DNA from: an uncultured Flavobacteriales bacterium
GTDB taxonomy: Bacteria > Bacteroidota > Bacteroidia > Flavobacteriales > UBA1820
Assembly: GCA_902462305.1 (NCBI GenBank)
Contig: CABQBC010000001.1
Location: 52,561 to 116,560 of the forward strand
DNA: 64,000 nt
Reading direction: 5' to 3'
The position numbers were made by a program, and so were the translations under genes. Positions 29,421 to 39,610 of this stretch are shown here, piece by piece. The notes beneath the pieces are model-generated. The model was not told the DNA's origin and ran no database searches. It saw nothing but the letters and a program-made list of their open reading frames with translations. Position 1 is the stretch's first letter. Each line of letters opens with the position of its first letter.

Positions 29421-30110
29421 TCAGCCGCGTTTATCGATCAAAGAAGCTACAAGAGGATACAGTATCCTGTCGCGTATCCGGTGGTGCATGCTTATATCCT
29501 TCTCCATGGAAGAGATGGAAAATATAACCGCATAACACAGGTTGCGGTCGTAATCGCCCGAAAGATGCCTTACCATGACGCCTTTCATCTCGTGCAGTAT
29601 ATTAATTCCTTCAACATATGCGCTGTCATCGTATCTAGGAGCATCGGCAACGTTGCTTTTCCCGCCCGCCGAGAGCGATGCGCAATATGGCAACCACTCG
29701 CGGGTATCGTACTCTACTGCACGGGAAAGACTTTCCCGGAAAGAAGATAGCAAAATCCTTAGTAATCCCAACGCCTGCGACGACGGACATCCGTTTATCA
29801 ACCGTCCCAAATGAGCCTCTATATTCGGAAGTTGATACTCCATGTAATACTTTTCAGTGCGAAGCAGGTAGTCGGCTATTACGCCTACTCCCGACGTTTT
29901 AAGCTGTTTTTCAGGAAAATAATCCGGATTCAGGAAATTATTCACCACCGAAAGGAAAAATCCGGCATCTATACCCTTCATTACGCATATCTGGCCGACC
30001 GTCCTGTCCGACAGTCCCAGCGTTATGCCGAACCTCTCTAAAACGGGTATAAGTTCCACATTTTCCTCAACCACCTCCGAGAGCGGCATATCCTCGTACA
30101 CCAGTAACAT
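29421..30110 (-). CDS. Hemerythrin-like / ScdA(RIC)-like di-iron domain protein
   Basis: 229 aa. The N-terminal segment (MPLSEVVEENVELIPVLERFGITLG) resembles the ScdA_N/DUF542 type. C-terminal helices carry H..E/H..R.R.L.P-type patterns. The call is from memory and only moderately confident. Confidence 0.55.
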   Translation of the reverse strand: MLLVYEDMPLSEVVEENVELIPVLERFGITLGLSDRTVGQICVMKGIDAGFFLSVVNNFLNPDYFPEKQLKTSGVGVIADYLLRTEKYYMEYQLPNIEAHLGRLINGCPSSQALGLLRILLSSFRESLSRAVEYDTREWLPYCASLSAGGKSNVADAPRYDDSAYVEGINILHEMKGVMVRHLSGDYDRNLCYAVIFSISSMEKDISMHHRIRDRILYPLVASLIDKRG

Positions 30111-30213
30111 AGGCCGTATGATTTTTTAATATAAGACAAAGGTAACTCATTAAGTCCGTAAAATAAAACACCGATATAAATAAGGACAAATTTGCCGTAT
30201 GGCAGGCGTCGGG

Positions 30214-30258
30214 AAAAAAAACAAAAAGCATGGCTTTAAAGCCATGCTTTTTGTTTTT
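30214..30258. terminator. Palindromic terminator downstream of hemD
   Basis: AACAAAAAGCATGGC-TTTAAA-GCCATGCTTTTTGTT flanked by A and T runs. Confidence 0.75.
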
Positions 30259-30282
30259 CTGCGAATTACCTAACTCTCGTTA

Positions 30283-31026
30283 TTATTTATTTACTGTGCG
30301 TATATACTCTTCAAGCGCTTTTGCCATAGATGGAGTCTGAGGCGTAGGAGCTTTTATATCTACCGAAAGCCCGGAGGATTCGGCTTCCTTTATCGTAGAG
30401 AGGCCGAAAGCTGCTATGCGCGTTCCATCCTGTTCGAACTTAGGGAAATTATGAAACAGGGATTTTATACCGGCCGGAGTGAAAAACACCAATACGTCGT
30501 ATTTCTTATCGGCTATGTCCGAAAGATCGGAATTGACGTTATTGTAAAGTATCACACGGTCCCATTTTATACCTGTCTCATTCAGTGCCGACGTTATTTC
30601 AGGGCGCAGACTGTCGGATGTAGGCATAAGGAAAGATTCTGTCTTGTGCTTTTTTATTATCTTCACCAGATCGTCGAACATCTTGCCTCCGATATATATC
30701 TTGCGCTTGCGGTAAACCACATATTTCTGGAGATAAAAAGCCACTGTTTCCGTCTGGCAGAAATACTTCATGTCATCGGGAACTTTGAAGCGCATTTCTT
30801 CGGCTATCCGGAAATAATGGTCCACAGCATTGCGGCTGTTGAAAATTACAGCCGTATAATTCTTCAGGTCTATCTTCTGTTTGCGTACCAGCGAAGCATC
30901 CACGCCTTCGACATAGGAAAACGGATGGAAGTCCACTTTCACATTCTGTTTCTGGGCCAGTTCAAAATATGGAGAACCTTCGGTTTTGGGTTCCGGCTGG
31001 GACACGAGGATAGTTTTTACTTTCAT
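30283..31026 (-). CDS. hemD: Uroporphyrinogen-III synthase family (HEM4) protein
   Basis: Start set at MKVKTILVSQPEP. The family call comes from the typical Bacteroidetes N-terminus and the conserved DUF4271-hemD gene pair. Confidence 0.7.
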   Translation of the reverse strand: MKVKTILVSQPEPKTEGSPYFELAQKQNVKVDFHPFSYVEGVDASLVRKQKIDLKNYTAVIFNSRNAVDHYFRIAEEMRFKVPDDMKYFCQTETVAFYLQKYVVYRKRKIYIGGKMFDDLVKIIKKHKTESFLMPTSDSLRPEITSALNETGIKWDRVILYNNVNSDLSDIADKKYDVLVFFTPAGIKSLFHNFPKFEQDGTRIAAFGLSTIKEAESSGLSVDIKAPTPQTPSMAKALEEYIRTVNK

Positions 31027-31074
31027 CTTTACACACAAATTTGTTTTATCCCCTCGCGGGGAGTAGTTATCAGG

Positions 31075-31737
31075 TTAGGTTAATACTTGCCTGAACATGC
31101 TCCACGCTATAAGCAGGGGGCATATTTCGACGATGCAAAGATAAAAAATAAAATACAAAAAATACCCGGGGCCAGATACTAAATATTCGGCAGCCACAGC
31201 AAAACTCAGTGTTATATACAATACAAATACGTACAACAGCATATTTCCAGCCCCACACACATTCAACGCACCGGAATAATACAACAGAAAAAATACGGAC
31301 AGGCCATATACGCCCATAGCCAGCCGCAAAGCTATATTCTTCTCCATTATCAGCGCTCCGAATCCCCTCACATCGAAAAGCCACGAAAGAAACACGTCCA
31401 CTATATAACGGACAACCATATACACGGATATTCCGGAGAAAACCCAAAACATAATTTCTGTCGAGAACTCGCTTGAGAGATATCTTGGGCTGAAATAAAC
31501 GGATGAAAGCAGCGAAAACGTAAAAGCGAAAACGGTTAGTGCCAGCACACGGTACACAACATAAACCTTCATGTTCCTTTGTTGGGAATCAAGGCCCGAA
31601 AAATAAAACAGATGTACCGTATCACGGCGGAAAAGCATAGGGTAAGCATACCGCAGCAACGCTATCACCGCGAACCCGGCTGCAAAGTAAAAAAACAGCC
31701 ATGAACCTTCGGACGAGGATTTATATACCTCCAGCAT
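31075..31737 (-). CDS. DUF4271-like polytopic membrane protein
   Basis: 220 aa, about 6 TM segments, in the conserved position upstream of hemD in Bacteroidetes. Confidence 0.65.
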   Translation of the reverse strand: MLEVYKSSSEGSWLFFYFAAGFAVIALLRYAYPMLFRRDTVHLFYFSGLDSQQRNMKVYVVYRVLALTVFAFTFSLLSSVYFSPRYLSSEFSTEIMFWVFSGISVYMVVRYIVDVFLSWLFDVRGFGALIMEKNIALRLAMGVYGLSVFFLLYYSGALNVCGAGNMLLYVFVLYITLSFAVAAEYLVSGPGYFLYFIFYLCIVEICPLLIAWSMFRQVLT

Positions 31738-33109
31738 CCTTTGCGGTATTTTCTACGGACAGGCAGCTGTCCGGACGGAAATCATCTATCCACCGGCCAC
31801 GGAAAATATCGTCGCCGGCTTTTATTATCACCTGGTCGCTCTTGCCGTCGAGATACAGCACGCGGCGGCCCGTCACGCTGTCCTTTATCGGGAAATAATC
31901 GTACTGGTTGCGACGCGTACCCGGAGCGTTGAAACTCCATGCAGGCTCTCCGGTATAATATATGTACATGGACGTATTCTGATACGAACTTCTGAACACC
32001 ACCGGCGCTCCTGCGGCGGCAGTCCTTATGCCATCGGCCCATTGACGCTGATTGTGGTAAGGCGTAGGCAGCGACGGAATGAAAAGCAATACCCTCGCCG
32101 TTACCAGAAGTATGGCGCTGGCTAATCCGCCTATAAGAAAATAACGCGCAACATTTTCGCTCTTTACAGCATAATTGAACGTGAAACAAACGGCCGGTAT
32201 AATAGCGGCAACGGTCCAGTGGGGTTCAACATGCCCTTTAAATGTCATAAGAAGGAAAAACGCCAAAAAACCCCAGAACAGGAATTTAAGCGTGCGTGCA
32301 AATACGCCTTTGGCCTTACATTTGTACACCGCCGCAATCATCAATGGAAAGAGGAAAGGACCGAAAACAGCCATCTGGTTCAGAGGATATTCCAGCGTAT
32401 AGCCCAACCTGTACGCCTTGGCCGAACGCTCTACCAGGTGATATTTGAGCGACGGAAAATCGTTTTCCACCTGCCACCACACGTGCGGGGAGAAAACAAC
32501 CAGCGCCGTGACTATCGCTATGTAAAAATATTTGTCCTTAAACAATTTCAAATCGGCCAGAATGACAAAAAACAGCACCAATATTCCGTGATACTTGCTG
32601 TACATCATAAGGGCCGCGAGCAATCCTACAAGCATGGCTGTCAAGACGCTGCGGCTATTGAGGAACTTCTTGTACGCCAGAAGGAAAAGAGCTGTGAAAA
32701 ACAACAGCGGCGCGTCCGGAACTATTATAAAACCGTACACGCTCAGCATAGGCACCGAGAGACAGAGAAGTATAAAAACGTTGACGTAACGGTATTTGTC
32801 CTTGTTTTCTATCATTCTCCACACCGCCATAAGGAACAGCGTGGACGACACTGCCGACATAAACCTCATCCCAAGCACTTTGCCGAACATACTTATGCCC
32901 GTCAGTATGAACACCCCAACCATCGGAGGATGGTCGAAATACCCCCAGTCGGGAAACATGGCGTACATGTAATAATAAGGTTCGTCTTCGTTTAACCCCG
33001 AAAACACACCCTGGAGATAATTTACCACAAACCACAGTAAGAAAAACAGCCTGAGCCTGCGGCGTGCCTTTTCGTTATCGCGCGTGGTAAGGATATTCAA
33101 AGCATTCAT
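31721..33109 (-). CDS. Glycosyltransferase family 39 (ArnT/PMT_2-like) membrane protein
   Basis: 462-aa polytopic ORF with N-terminal ...NEDEPYYYMYA...GYFDHPPM, typical of the PMT_2 family. Its stop overlaps the next gene by 17 nt. Confidence 0.85.
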   Translation of the reverse strand: MNALNILTTRDNEKARRRLRLFFLLWFVVNYLQGVFSGLNEDEPYYYMYAMFPDWGYFDHPPMVGVFILTGISMFGKVLGMRFMSAVSSTLFLMAVWRMIENKDKYRYVNVFILLCLSVPMLSVYGFIIVPDAPLLFFTALFLLAYKKFLNSRSVLTAMLVGLLAALMMYSKYHGILVLFFVILADLKLFKDKYFYIAIVTALVVFSPHVWWQVENDFPSLKYHLVERSAKAYRLGYTLEYPLNQMAVFGPFLFPLMIAAVYKCKAKGVFARTLKFLFWGFLAFFLLMTFKGHVEPHWTVAAIIPAVCFTFNYAVKSENVARYFLIGGLASAILLVTARVLLFIPSLPTPYHNQRQWADGIRTAAAGAPVVFRSSYQNTSMYIYYTGEPAWSFNAPGTRRNQYDYFPIKDSVTGRRVLYLDGKSDQVIIKAGDDIFRGRWIDDFRPDSCLSVENTAKDAGGI

Positions 33110-33136
33110 AGTTTCACATCGAGTTTAAAAAAAACG

Positions 33137-34828
33137 TCAGTACAAAAGGACTTCCCCTTTCCAGGACGAATACATCAATATGAACAGTTCCGTATTGGCA
33201 TATCCGCCGGAATGGTATTTCATATAACGGTAACGTGAGCCGACCTGCTCGGTGGAACGCGACGTAAGCGCATGTTCCGTGTCGGTGTCTGTTGCCATTC
33301 TCGAAAGCAGGTCGTACACCAGATTGAAACCTTCGTATGCGTAAGCGTTGGGCAATTCCCTGTAACGCGTCCTGAAACCGTTCTCAAAATCCGAATACCG
33401 GTATCCCTGACCGTTTTCGAACAGGCGGTCGGGATATATGAACCTGAGGCGGGAAGCCACCTCCGGCTTCATTTCACCCATCATGGCCTTCGCCCTATCC
33501 GCTATTTCAAATGCGAATATGTCGGTATCGCCTATTCTTGCCGACTGTTCCATGCCCTGAAGTATCTCCGACATGAACGACTGGCTGAGTTCCGGTATCA
33601 GTATGACAGTCGGTACGTTCTGCTTTACCATAGAAGCCAGACGGTCGGAATTGTTCCCAAGGTCCGTATTCAGCAATTCTATCGAGGTGTATTTTACTTT
33701 TTCGGACAGGCGTTTCCTTATGCGCGCTATCTGTGCTTCCTGCTGCATTGCCGAAGCTATGACTATCACATGCGACGAAGGGCTTATATTGTCCGCCATA
33801 TACGATAACACGGCAGATTCCATACCCTGTGCAGGCGTCGACGCCTGCACCATATTCGGCATGCGGTTTACATCGTGTTTGACGGAAAAAGGAGATACTA
33901 CCAGTGTTTTGGTTCCTTTCATACCCGACGCGACAACTTCAGCAATTTCAGTAAAAAGCGGGCCTATAATCAGGTCGGTACGGGAAAAATCATTTTCTGC
34001 CAGTATCTTTTCGGTAGCCTTCACGTCCTTCTGCGAATCGAAAACACGAACGTCGGCCATAAGTCCCTGACCGGCCAGAGAATCGAGCGCCATAAGGGCT
34101 CCCATGTAAAAACTGAGAGCTATCCTCGAATCCCTGAGCCTCTCGCGCGGGGTAGCCGCCACGAGCGAATCAGCCCTGTCGAGGTAAAAAGGCAGTATCA
34201 TATCTACGCTGAGCATACGTTTTACATCCAGCGCCGAAGCCTGCTGCCATCTTCCGGCTGTTTCCCTGACCATGGAAACGTTCACGGTATCGGGCTGAAA
34301 TACGGAGGTTTCAGGAGCCGGTTCCATCGTCTTGTCCTCCATTTTGAGTACAGGTATCTTAAGTACCATCCCTATCTTAAGCACAGAAGTCTTAAGTTCC
34401 GGATTGTATTCTTTGAGCATATCCTGTGTTATCCCCCACTGGTGCGAGATTCCGTAAACGGTTTCCTTCGGAGCAACCACATGCTGTGAGAACCCGACAG
34501 GCTCCGGGACCTTTTCCTCGACCGCCGTTTCTTCGGGGACTGCGCGGGCTTCTTCCCTGGCCTTCTGGCGTTGTTCGCGGGCGCTTTTTTTTGGAGGAAG
34601 AACAAGCACGTCGCGCGCCCTCAATTTCTTGGTGCGGTAACTTTTGTTACATTCGAGAAGCTCCTCCACCGTCACTCCGAATTTTTCCGCTACGGATTCT
34701 ATGGTGTCATGGCGTTTGGCGCGATAGGTTTGTATGGCCTGGGCCCAGCTTTCAGAAAAGACGAAAAAGGTAAGCAGCACTATCGCCGATATCTTTACCG
34801 CATTATGCCGGTGTCTTTTTATCTCCAT
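33137..34828 (-). CDS. LysM-repeat protein with a periplasmic-binding-protein-like C-terminal domain
   Basis: Start reset to MEIKRHRHNAVKISAIVLLTFFVFSESWAQ (ATG at 34828). Two LysM repeats are present (YRAKRHDTIESVAEKFGVTVEELLECN and HVVAPKETVYGISHQWGITQDMLKEYN). Confidence 0.85.
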   Translation of the reverse strand: MEIKRHRHNAVKISAIVLLTFFVFSESWAQAIQTYRAKRHDTIESVAEKFGVTVEELLECNKSYRTKKLRARDVLVLPPKKSAREQRQKAREEARAVPEETAVEEKVPEPVGFSQHVVAPKETVYGISHQWGITQDMLKEYNPELKTSVLKIGMVLKIPVLKMEDKTMEPAPETSVFQPDTVNVSMVRETAGRWQQASALDVKRMLSVDMILPFYLDRADSLVAATPRERLRDSRIALSFYMGALMALDSLAGQGLMADVRVFDSQKDVKATEKILAENDFSRTDLIIGPLFTEIAEVVASGMKGTKTLVVSPFSVKHDVNRMPNMVQASTPAQGMESAVLSYMADNISPSSHVIVIASAMQQEAQIARIRKRLSEKVKYTSIELLNTDLGNNSDRLASMVKQNVPTVILIPELSQSFMSEILQGMEQSARIGDTDIFAFEIADRAKAMMGEMKPEVASRLRFIYPDRLFENGQGYRYSDFENGFRTRYRELPNAYAYEGFNLVYDLLSRMATDTDTEHALTSRSTEQVGSRYRYMKYHSGGYANTELFILMYSSWKGEVLLY

Positions 34829-35004
34829 ATTTAAAAAATAATTTTTACCGTTAACAATAACCGACGGACTTCTTACAAAACAAGCCGCGTCCGGGCATAT
34901 ACGACATGACAACCATGCATCAGTCCCGCACACATTCATGCGCCGGCGCATACGGCCGGTGCCGGCCCTTTTCCGTTTTCCACGATATCGCTGTACCGCG
35001 AATG

Positions 35005-36531
35005 TTATTCCCACTCTATCGTGGCCGGCGGTTTCGAGCTTATATCGTAAACCACGCGGTTGACCCCTTTCACGCGGTTTATTATCTCGTTCGACACTTT
35101 GGCCAGGAACTCGTAAGGCAGATGCGACCAGTCGGCCGTCATGCCATCGGTGGATTCCACAGCGCGCAATGCAACTACGCTCTCGTAGGTCCGTTCGTCG
35201 CCCATAACGCCAACCGACTGTACCGGCAGCAATATCGCGCCGGCCTGCCATACTTTCTTATACAGTCCGTCGCGGCGTAGCGAACTTATGAATATGTCAT
35301 CGACATCCTGAAGTACGCGTACTTTTTCCGGGGTTATATCGCCCAGTATGCGTATGGCCAGACCGGGGCCGGGGAACGGATGCCTCGAAAGCAATTCGTC
35401 AGCTATGCCCAGAGTAGCGCCCACACGCCTTACCTCGTCCTTGAAGAGGGTACGCAGCGGCTCCACTACCTTCAGTTTCATGAAATCGGGCAGACCGCCC
35501 ACATTGTGGTGGCTTTTGATCGTGGCTGACGGGCCTTTGACCGAGCACGACTCTATAACGTCGGGATAAATAGTCCCCTGCGCCAACCATTTGGCATCCT
35601 TTATCTTAGCCGCTTCCGCATCGAACACCTCGATAAATGCCGCTCCTATGGCCTTTCGTTTTTTCTCCGGGTCGGTAACTCCGGCCAGCGCCGAGTAAAA
35701 CCTCTGCGAAGCGTCCACACCTACGATATTAAGTCCCATGTGCTTGTATTGGGCCAGAACGCTTTCGAACTCGTTCTTGCGCAAAAGGCCGTTGTTAACG
35801 AAAATACACGTAAGGTTGTCCCCTATAGCACGGGAGAGCAATACCGCCGCCACGGAAGAATCCACGCCTCCGGAAAGTCCCAGCACTACCCTGTCCTGTC
35901 CGATTTTTTCTTTCAGTTCCCTTACGGTACTCTCGACAAACGAGTCAGGAGTCCAGTCCTGCCTGAGACCCGCAACGCCGACCAGGAAATTCTTCAGAAG
36001 CTGCGTCCCGTCCGTCGAATGGTACACCTCCGGATGGAACTGTATGCCGTACGTATCCTCGCCGTCTATGTGATACGCGGCGTATTCCACATCGGCCGTA
36101 GAAGCTATGACTTTATAACCGGCGGGAACTTTCTTTATAGTATCACCGTGGCTCATCCATACCTGCGAACCGGACGGAATGCCTTTCATAAGCGGACTGT
36201 CCGTGTCCATGCTCACGATATTAGCCCTTCCGTATTCGCGTATTTTGCTGGCCATCACTTCTCCGCCATAGTTATGCGCCAGGTATTGAGCGCCGTAACA
36301 TACGCCAAGAAGCGGCTTTTTGCCTTTTATATCCGACAGGTCTATCATAGGGGCGTCTTCCTGCCGTACCGAATAAGGGCTGCCGCTAAGTATCACGGCA
36401 TCGTAGGCCGAGGCGTCTGGCGGATTGTTAAAAGGATGTATTTCGCAATATATATTGAGCTCACGCACGCGGCGCGCTATCAACTGCGTATATTGCGAAC
36501 CGAAATCGAGAATAAGTACTTTGTTTTGCAT
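35005..36531 (-). CDS. guaA: GMP synthase (glutamine-hydrolysing)
   Basis: 508 aa with a GATase domain (GVCYGAQ, HPE), the ATP-PPase SGGVDSS motif and a C-terminal ...KPPATIEWE. Confidence 0.98.
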   Translation of the reverse strand: MQNKVLILDFGSQYTQLIARRVRELNIYCEIHPFNNPPDASAYDAVILSGSPYSVRQEDAPMIDLSDIKGKKPLLGVCYGAQYLAHNYGGEVMASKIREYGRANIVSMDTDSPLMKGIPSGSQVWMSHGDTIKKVPAGYKVIASTADVEYAAYHIDGEDTYGIQFHPEVYHSTDGTQLLKNFLVGVAGLRQDWTPDSFVESTVRELKEKIGQDRVVLGLSGGVDSSVAAVLLSRAIGDNLTCIFVNNGLLRKNEFESVLAQYKHMGLNIVGVDASQRFYSALAGVTDPEKKRKAIGAAFIEVFDAEAAKIKDAKWLAQGTIYPDVIESCSVKGPSATIKSHHNVGGLPDFMKLKVVEPLRTLFKDEVRRVGATLGIADELLSRHPFPGPGLAIRILGDITPEKVRVLQDVDDIFISSLRRDGLYKKVWQAGAILLPVQSVGVMGDERTYESVVALRAVESTDGMTADWSHLPYEFLAKVSNEIINRVKGVNRVVYDISSKPPATIEWE

Positions 36532-36606
36532 TTAAATTTTTTCGTATCTCTTGTATAAAAATATTTTCGTTGCCTCATCCCGAATAAACCGGGAGTATAT
36601 ACGTGT

Positions 36607-37314
36607 CTAAAAGTTAGGCGTAAAACCGGATTTCTGATAAAAAGCGCTTATCGCCTCGGTCACTTCGTCCGGTGTATCCACGAGTTTTACAAGGTCGAGA
36701 TCTTCCGGGCTTATCATGCCTTCGGACAACATCCTGTCCTTTACCCACTCCAAAAGGCCTCCCCAGTATTCCGTACCTACGAGTATTATCGGGTAACTGG
36801 TCGATTTGCGTGTCTGGATAAGGGTTATGGCCTCGAACAGTTCGTCCAGCGTACCGAAGCCTCCGGGCATCACCACGAAAGCCTGGGCATATTTTACGAA
36901 CATGACCTTACGGACGAAGAAATGGTCGAAATACACGTTCTTATCCTTGTCGATGAACGGGTTGGAATTCTGTTCGTGCGGCAGTTCTATGTTCATCCCG
37001 CACGAAGTGCCGCCTCCGAAATAAGCTCCCTTGTTGGCTGCCTCCATTATTCCGGGACCTCCGCCCGTGATGATACCGAAACCCATACCGGTAAGTTTGT
37101 ATGCTATCTGTTCGGTCAGTTTGTAGTATTTGTTGTCCGGTTTGATACGCGCGGATCCGAAAATGGATACGCACGGACCTATACGGGCCATTATTTCAAA
37201 TCCGTTGACAAATTCGCTCATAACGCGGAATATCGTCCACGAGTCGTTGGTCTTTATCTCATTCCATGTCTTGGGTTTGAAGTCGTGTCTGACCTGCTCT
37301 CCTATTTCTTCCAT
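36607..37314 (-). CDS. LOG family (TIGR00730) nucleotide phosphoribohydrolase
   Basis: GGGPGIMEA and PGGFGTLDELFE signature motifs. Confidence 0.9.
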   Translation of the reverse strand: MEEIGEQVRHDFKPKTWNEIKTNDSWTIFRVMSEFVNGFEIMARIGPCVSIFGSARIKPDNKYYKLTEQIAYKLTGMGFGIITGGGPGIMEAANKGAYFGGGTSCGMNIELPHEQNSNPFIDKDKNVYFDHFFVRKVMFVKYAQAFVVMPGGFGTLDELFEAITLIQTRKSTSYPIILVGTEYWGGLLEWVKDRMLSEGMISPEDLDLVKLVDTPDEVTEAISAFYQKSGFTPNF

Positions 37315-37377
37315 TTTTCAGTCGTTTTTCGTTTTTTTAATACGGCCCTAAAGCCGCGCTTGTCGATATATTTTTTT

Positions 37378-38505
37378 CTATTTCTCATCCGTTTTTCCGC
37401 CGGTCATGCCCAGCACCGCCGTGACGGGATTGTGGTCGCTCGATTTCTCGTCGATGGTGGAAAAATCCCTGACTTCGAATGCATTTTCATCAGCCATTAT
37501 AAAGTCTATCCGAAGAGGATACATCCTTATCATCCGGAACGTCCTGCCGAACCCGAATCCGGCTTCGGAAAACGCATCTGTCATATCGCCGCCAAGCACG
37601 GTGCGGTATGTGTATGAAAACGGCGTGTTATTGAAATCGCCCATGACAATATTCGGATAAGGCGAAGAGTCCATGTCGGCACGCAGAAGTTCTATCTGTT
37701 TCTGCTGGCCTCTGAAACCCCGGTCCAGTCTTCTTATCAGGCCTTTGACTTCGCTTTTTATCTCATCTGACGGTTTGCCGGGCAAATCGTTGACTTCGCC
37801 AGGCGCTATACCCAAAGAATTGAGGTGGACACAGTACACCCGCACTATCCTGCCCGACGGCATCCTTATATCGGCATATATAGAACTGGAATTGTCCTCG
37901 AACCTGCGCGAACTTTTATTCACTATCGGATATTTCGAGAAAATGGCATTCCCGTCGGGAGCCGATATGACGACATATTTGTATTTCCAGTCGCTCAAAT
38001 CGACCATTCTTTCTGCATATTCCTGAAAGCATACTATATCCGGTGAAAGTTCCTTCAACAGTTTGGATATATTCCCGGCAGCGTCGCTATCGTCCGTCCA
38101 CCGGTCGCGGTTGAACGAACGGACATTGTAACTCATGACCCGGAAATCGCCGTCCCGCATGGTTTTGTCCCACGAACCTACCGCAAAAAAACGGTTTACC
38201 TGCCCCAGACCGGCAAGAAGCGCAAAAAGCGAGTACAGGAAAAACAAATCCATCTTTACAGCCCAGAACACCACGAAAAACACATTTACCAATATCAGCA
38301 CCGGAACGAACATCCCGGCCACCGACACGTAAGGCAATGCTTCGGGCGAAAACCTCGAAGATATGAACGCCGCCGCAAGAGCCAGGGCGCACATGATATT
38401 CACGATTTTAATTACCCACTTGATTATCAACATATTCAATATGAAATTATCGTATTGCCGGGCTGTTTTGTAAAAAGTGCAATTTACGAAAAAAATGTAT
38501 AACAC
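37378..38505 (-). CDS. Membrane-anchored endonuclease/exonuclease/phosphatase (EEP) family protein
   Basis: N-terminal TM helices followed by an EEP domain (FRVMSYNV...CFQE...GDFNNTP...SDHNPV). The true start may be the internal MLIIKW (38433). Confidence 0.85.
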   Translation of the reverse strand: MLYIFFVNCTFYKTARQYDNFILNMLIIKWVIKIVNIMCALALAAAFISSRFSPEALPYVSVAGMFVPVLILVNVFFVVFWAVKMDLFFLYSLFALLAGLGQVNRFFAVGSWDKTMRDGDFRVMSYNVRSFNRDRWTDDSDAAGNISKLLKELSPDIVCFQEYAERMVDLSDWKYKYVVISAPDGNAIFSKYPIVNKSSRRFEDNSSSIYADIRMPSGRIVRVYCVHLNSLGIAPGEVNDLPGKPSDEIKSEVKGLIRRLDRGFRGQQKQIELLRADMDSSPYPNIVMGDFNNTPFSYTYRTVLGGDMTDAFSEAGFGFGRTFRMIRMYPLRIDFIMADENAFEVRDFSTIDEKSSDHNPVTAVLGMTGGKTDEK

Positions 38506-38588
38506 ACCGTAAAAACAGCACGTGTTGATTTAACATCCGCAATGCTTATATAAAAATCCCACATGAACTTAAATGCACTACATTTGCA

Positions 38589-38596
38589 CATCCGGC
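38589..38596 (+). promoter_or_regulatory. Candidate -7 promoter box TACATTTG for the EamA transporter gene
   Basis: Fits TAnnTTTG. It lies downstream of the ORF-track start (38573), which argues for the start at 38636 or 38645. Confidence 0.45.
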
Positions 38597-38635
38597 AGAC
38601 AAATGCCGCGACACCGGCGCGCAAAAAGACACAAC

Positions 38636-39580
38636 ATGCGACAAATGAACAACATAAAAGGAATATCGTTCGCTCTTCTGGCTTCCGTGACATTCGGATT
38701 TCTGCCCCTTTTCTCCAAACCGCTGATAGATATGGGGCTGCCAGTTTCCTCGCTTCTGTTTTACAGATTTCTTATTTCGGCCGTTATCGTGTCTGCAATA
38801 TGCGCGGCAGGGCGCGTCAACTTAAGGGTGACAGGGCGGCAACTGGCTATACTTGCATTTCTGGCAGTGCTTTACGTGTTGTCCGGAACATGCCTTGTAC
38901 GGTCATATGTGTATATACCCAGCGGTATAGCAACCACGATACACTTCATGTACCCGGTAGCAGTTACCGCGATAATGGTATTCGTATTCAAGGAAAGGAA
39001 ATCAAAGACTATTTTTACAGCCATGCTGCTGGCAATCACCGGAGTGGCGCTCCTGAGCTGGAACACCGCCGCTCCGCTGAACACCAAAGGCCTGTTGCTT
39101 GCCGGGTCGACCATTTTCGCATATGCCATTTACCTTATTATGGTAAACCGATCGTCGGTAAGCCGGCTGGACAGCATGCCGATGATGTTTTACATATTCG
39201 TAATCGGTTCGGCGGTGTTCGCACTCAGTACGGTCATAGACGGTGGAATAAGACAGCCCGAAGGCGCATTCCAGTGGAGTATGATAACCGGACTTGCAAT
39301 CATATCCACAGTCATACCGAACATTGCGCTGATAAAGGCTGTGAAAAACGCAGGCTCGGTGGTGACGTCCATACTCGGTTCGGCAGAGCCCCTGACTGCC
39401 CTCATAGTGGGCATACTGTATTTCGGAGAGGATTTCAGTTACCGCACGATAATAGGTTTCATACTGATAATGTGTGCCGTAACACTGGTAATCTTAAATA
39501 AAAACCGTGAAAACAACCCGTTTGTCAGGTTAAATAAGTATTTTAGCCTCCAGAAACAAAAAGGCAACCTTAAAGTCTGA
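38636..39580 (+). CDS. EamA/DMT-family transporter (RarD-like)
   Basis: About 10 TM segments with two EamA-like halves. Start set at MRQMNNIKGISFALLASVTFGFLPLF. Confidence 0.85.
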   Translation: MRQMNNIKGISFALLASVTFGFLPLFSKPLIDMGLPVSSLLFYRFLISAVIVSAICAAGRVNLRVTGRQLAILAFLAVLYVLSGTCLVRSYVYIPSGIATTIHFMYPVAVTAIMVFVFKERKSKTIFTAMLLAITGVALLSWNTAAPLNTKGLLLAGSTIFAYAIYLIMVNRSSVSRLDSMPMMFYIFVIGSAVFALSTVIDGGIRQPEGAFQWSMITGLAIISTVIPNIALIKAVKNAGSVVTSILGSAEPLTALIVGILYFGEDFSYRTIIGFILIMCAVTLVILNKNRENNPFVRLNKYFSLQKQKGNLKV

Positions 39581-39610
39581 CCGCTTTTTGCGGTAATACA
39601 AACCTTCTTT

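Noticed and set aside
34829-35251. N-terminal 141-codon extension of the LysM protein ORF (track ORF 33137-35251)
   Set aside because: It overlaps the well-supported 3' end of guaA on the same strand and is Arg/Gly-rich with no protein-like pattern. A proper signal peptide begins at the internal ATG 34828.
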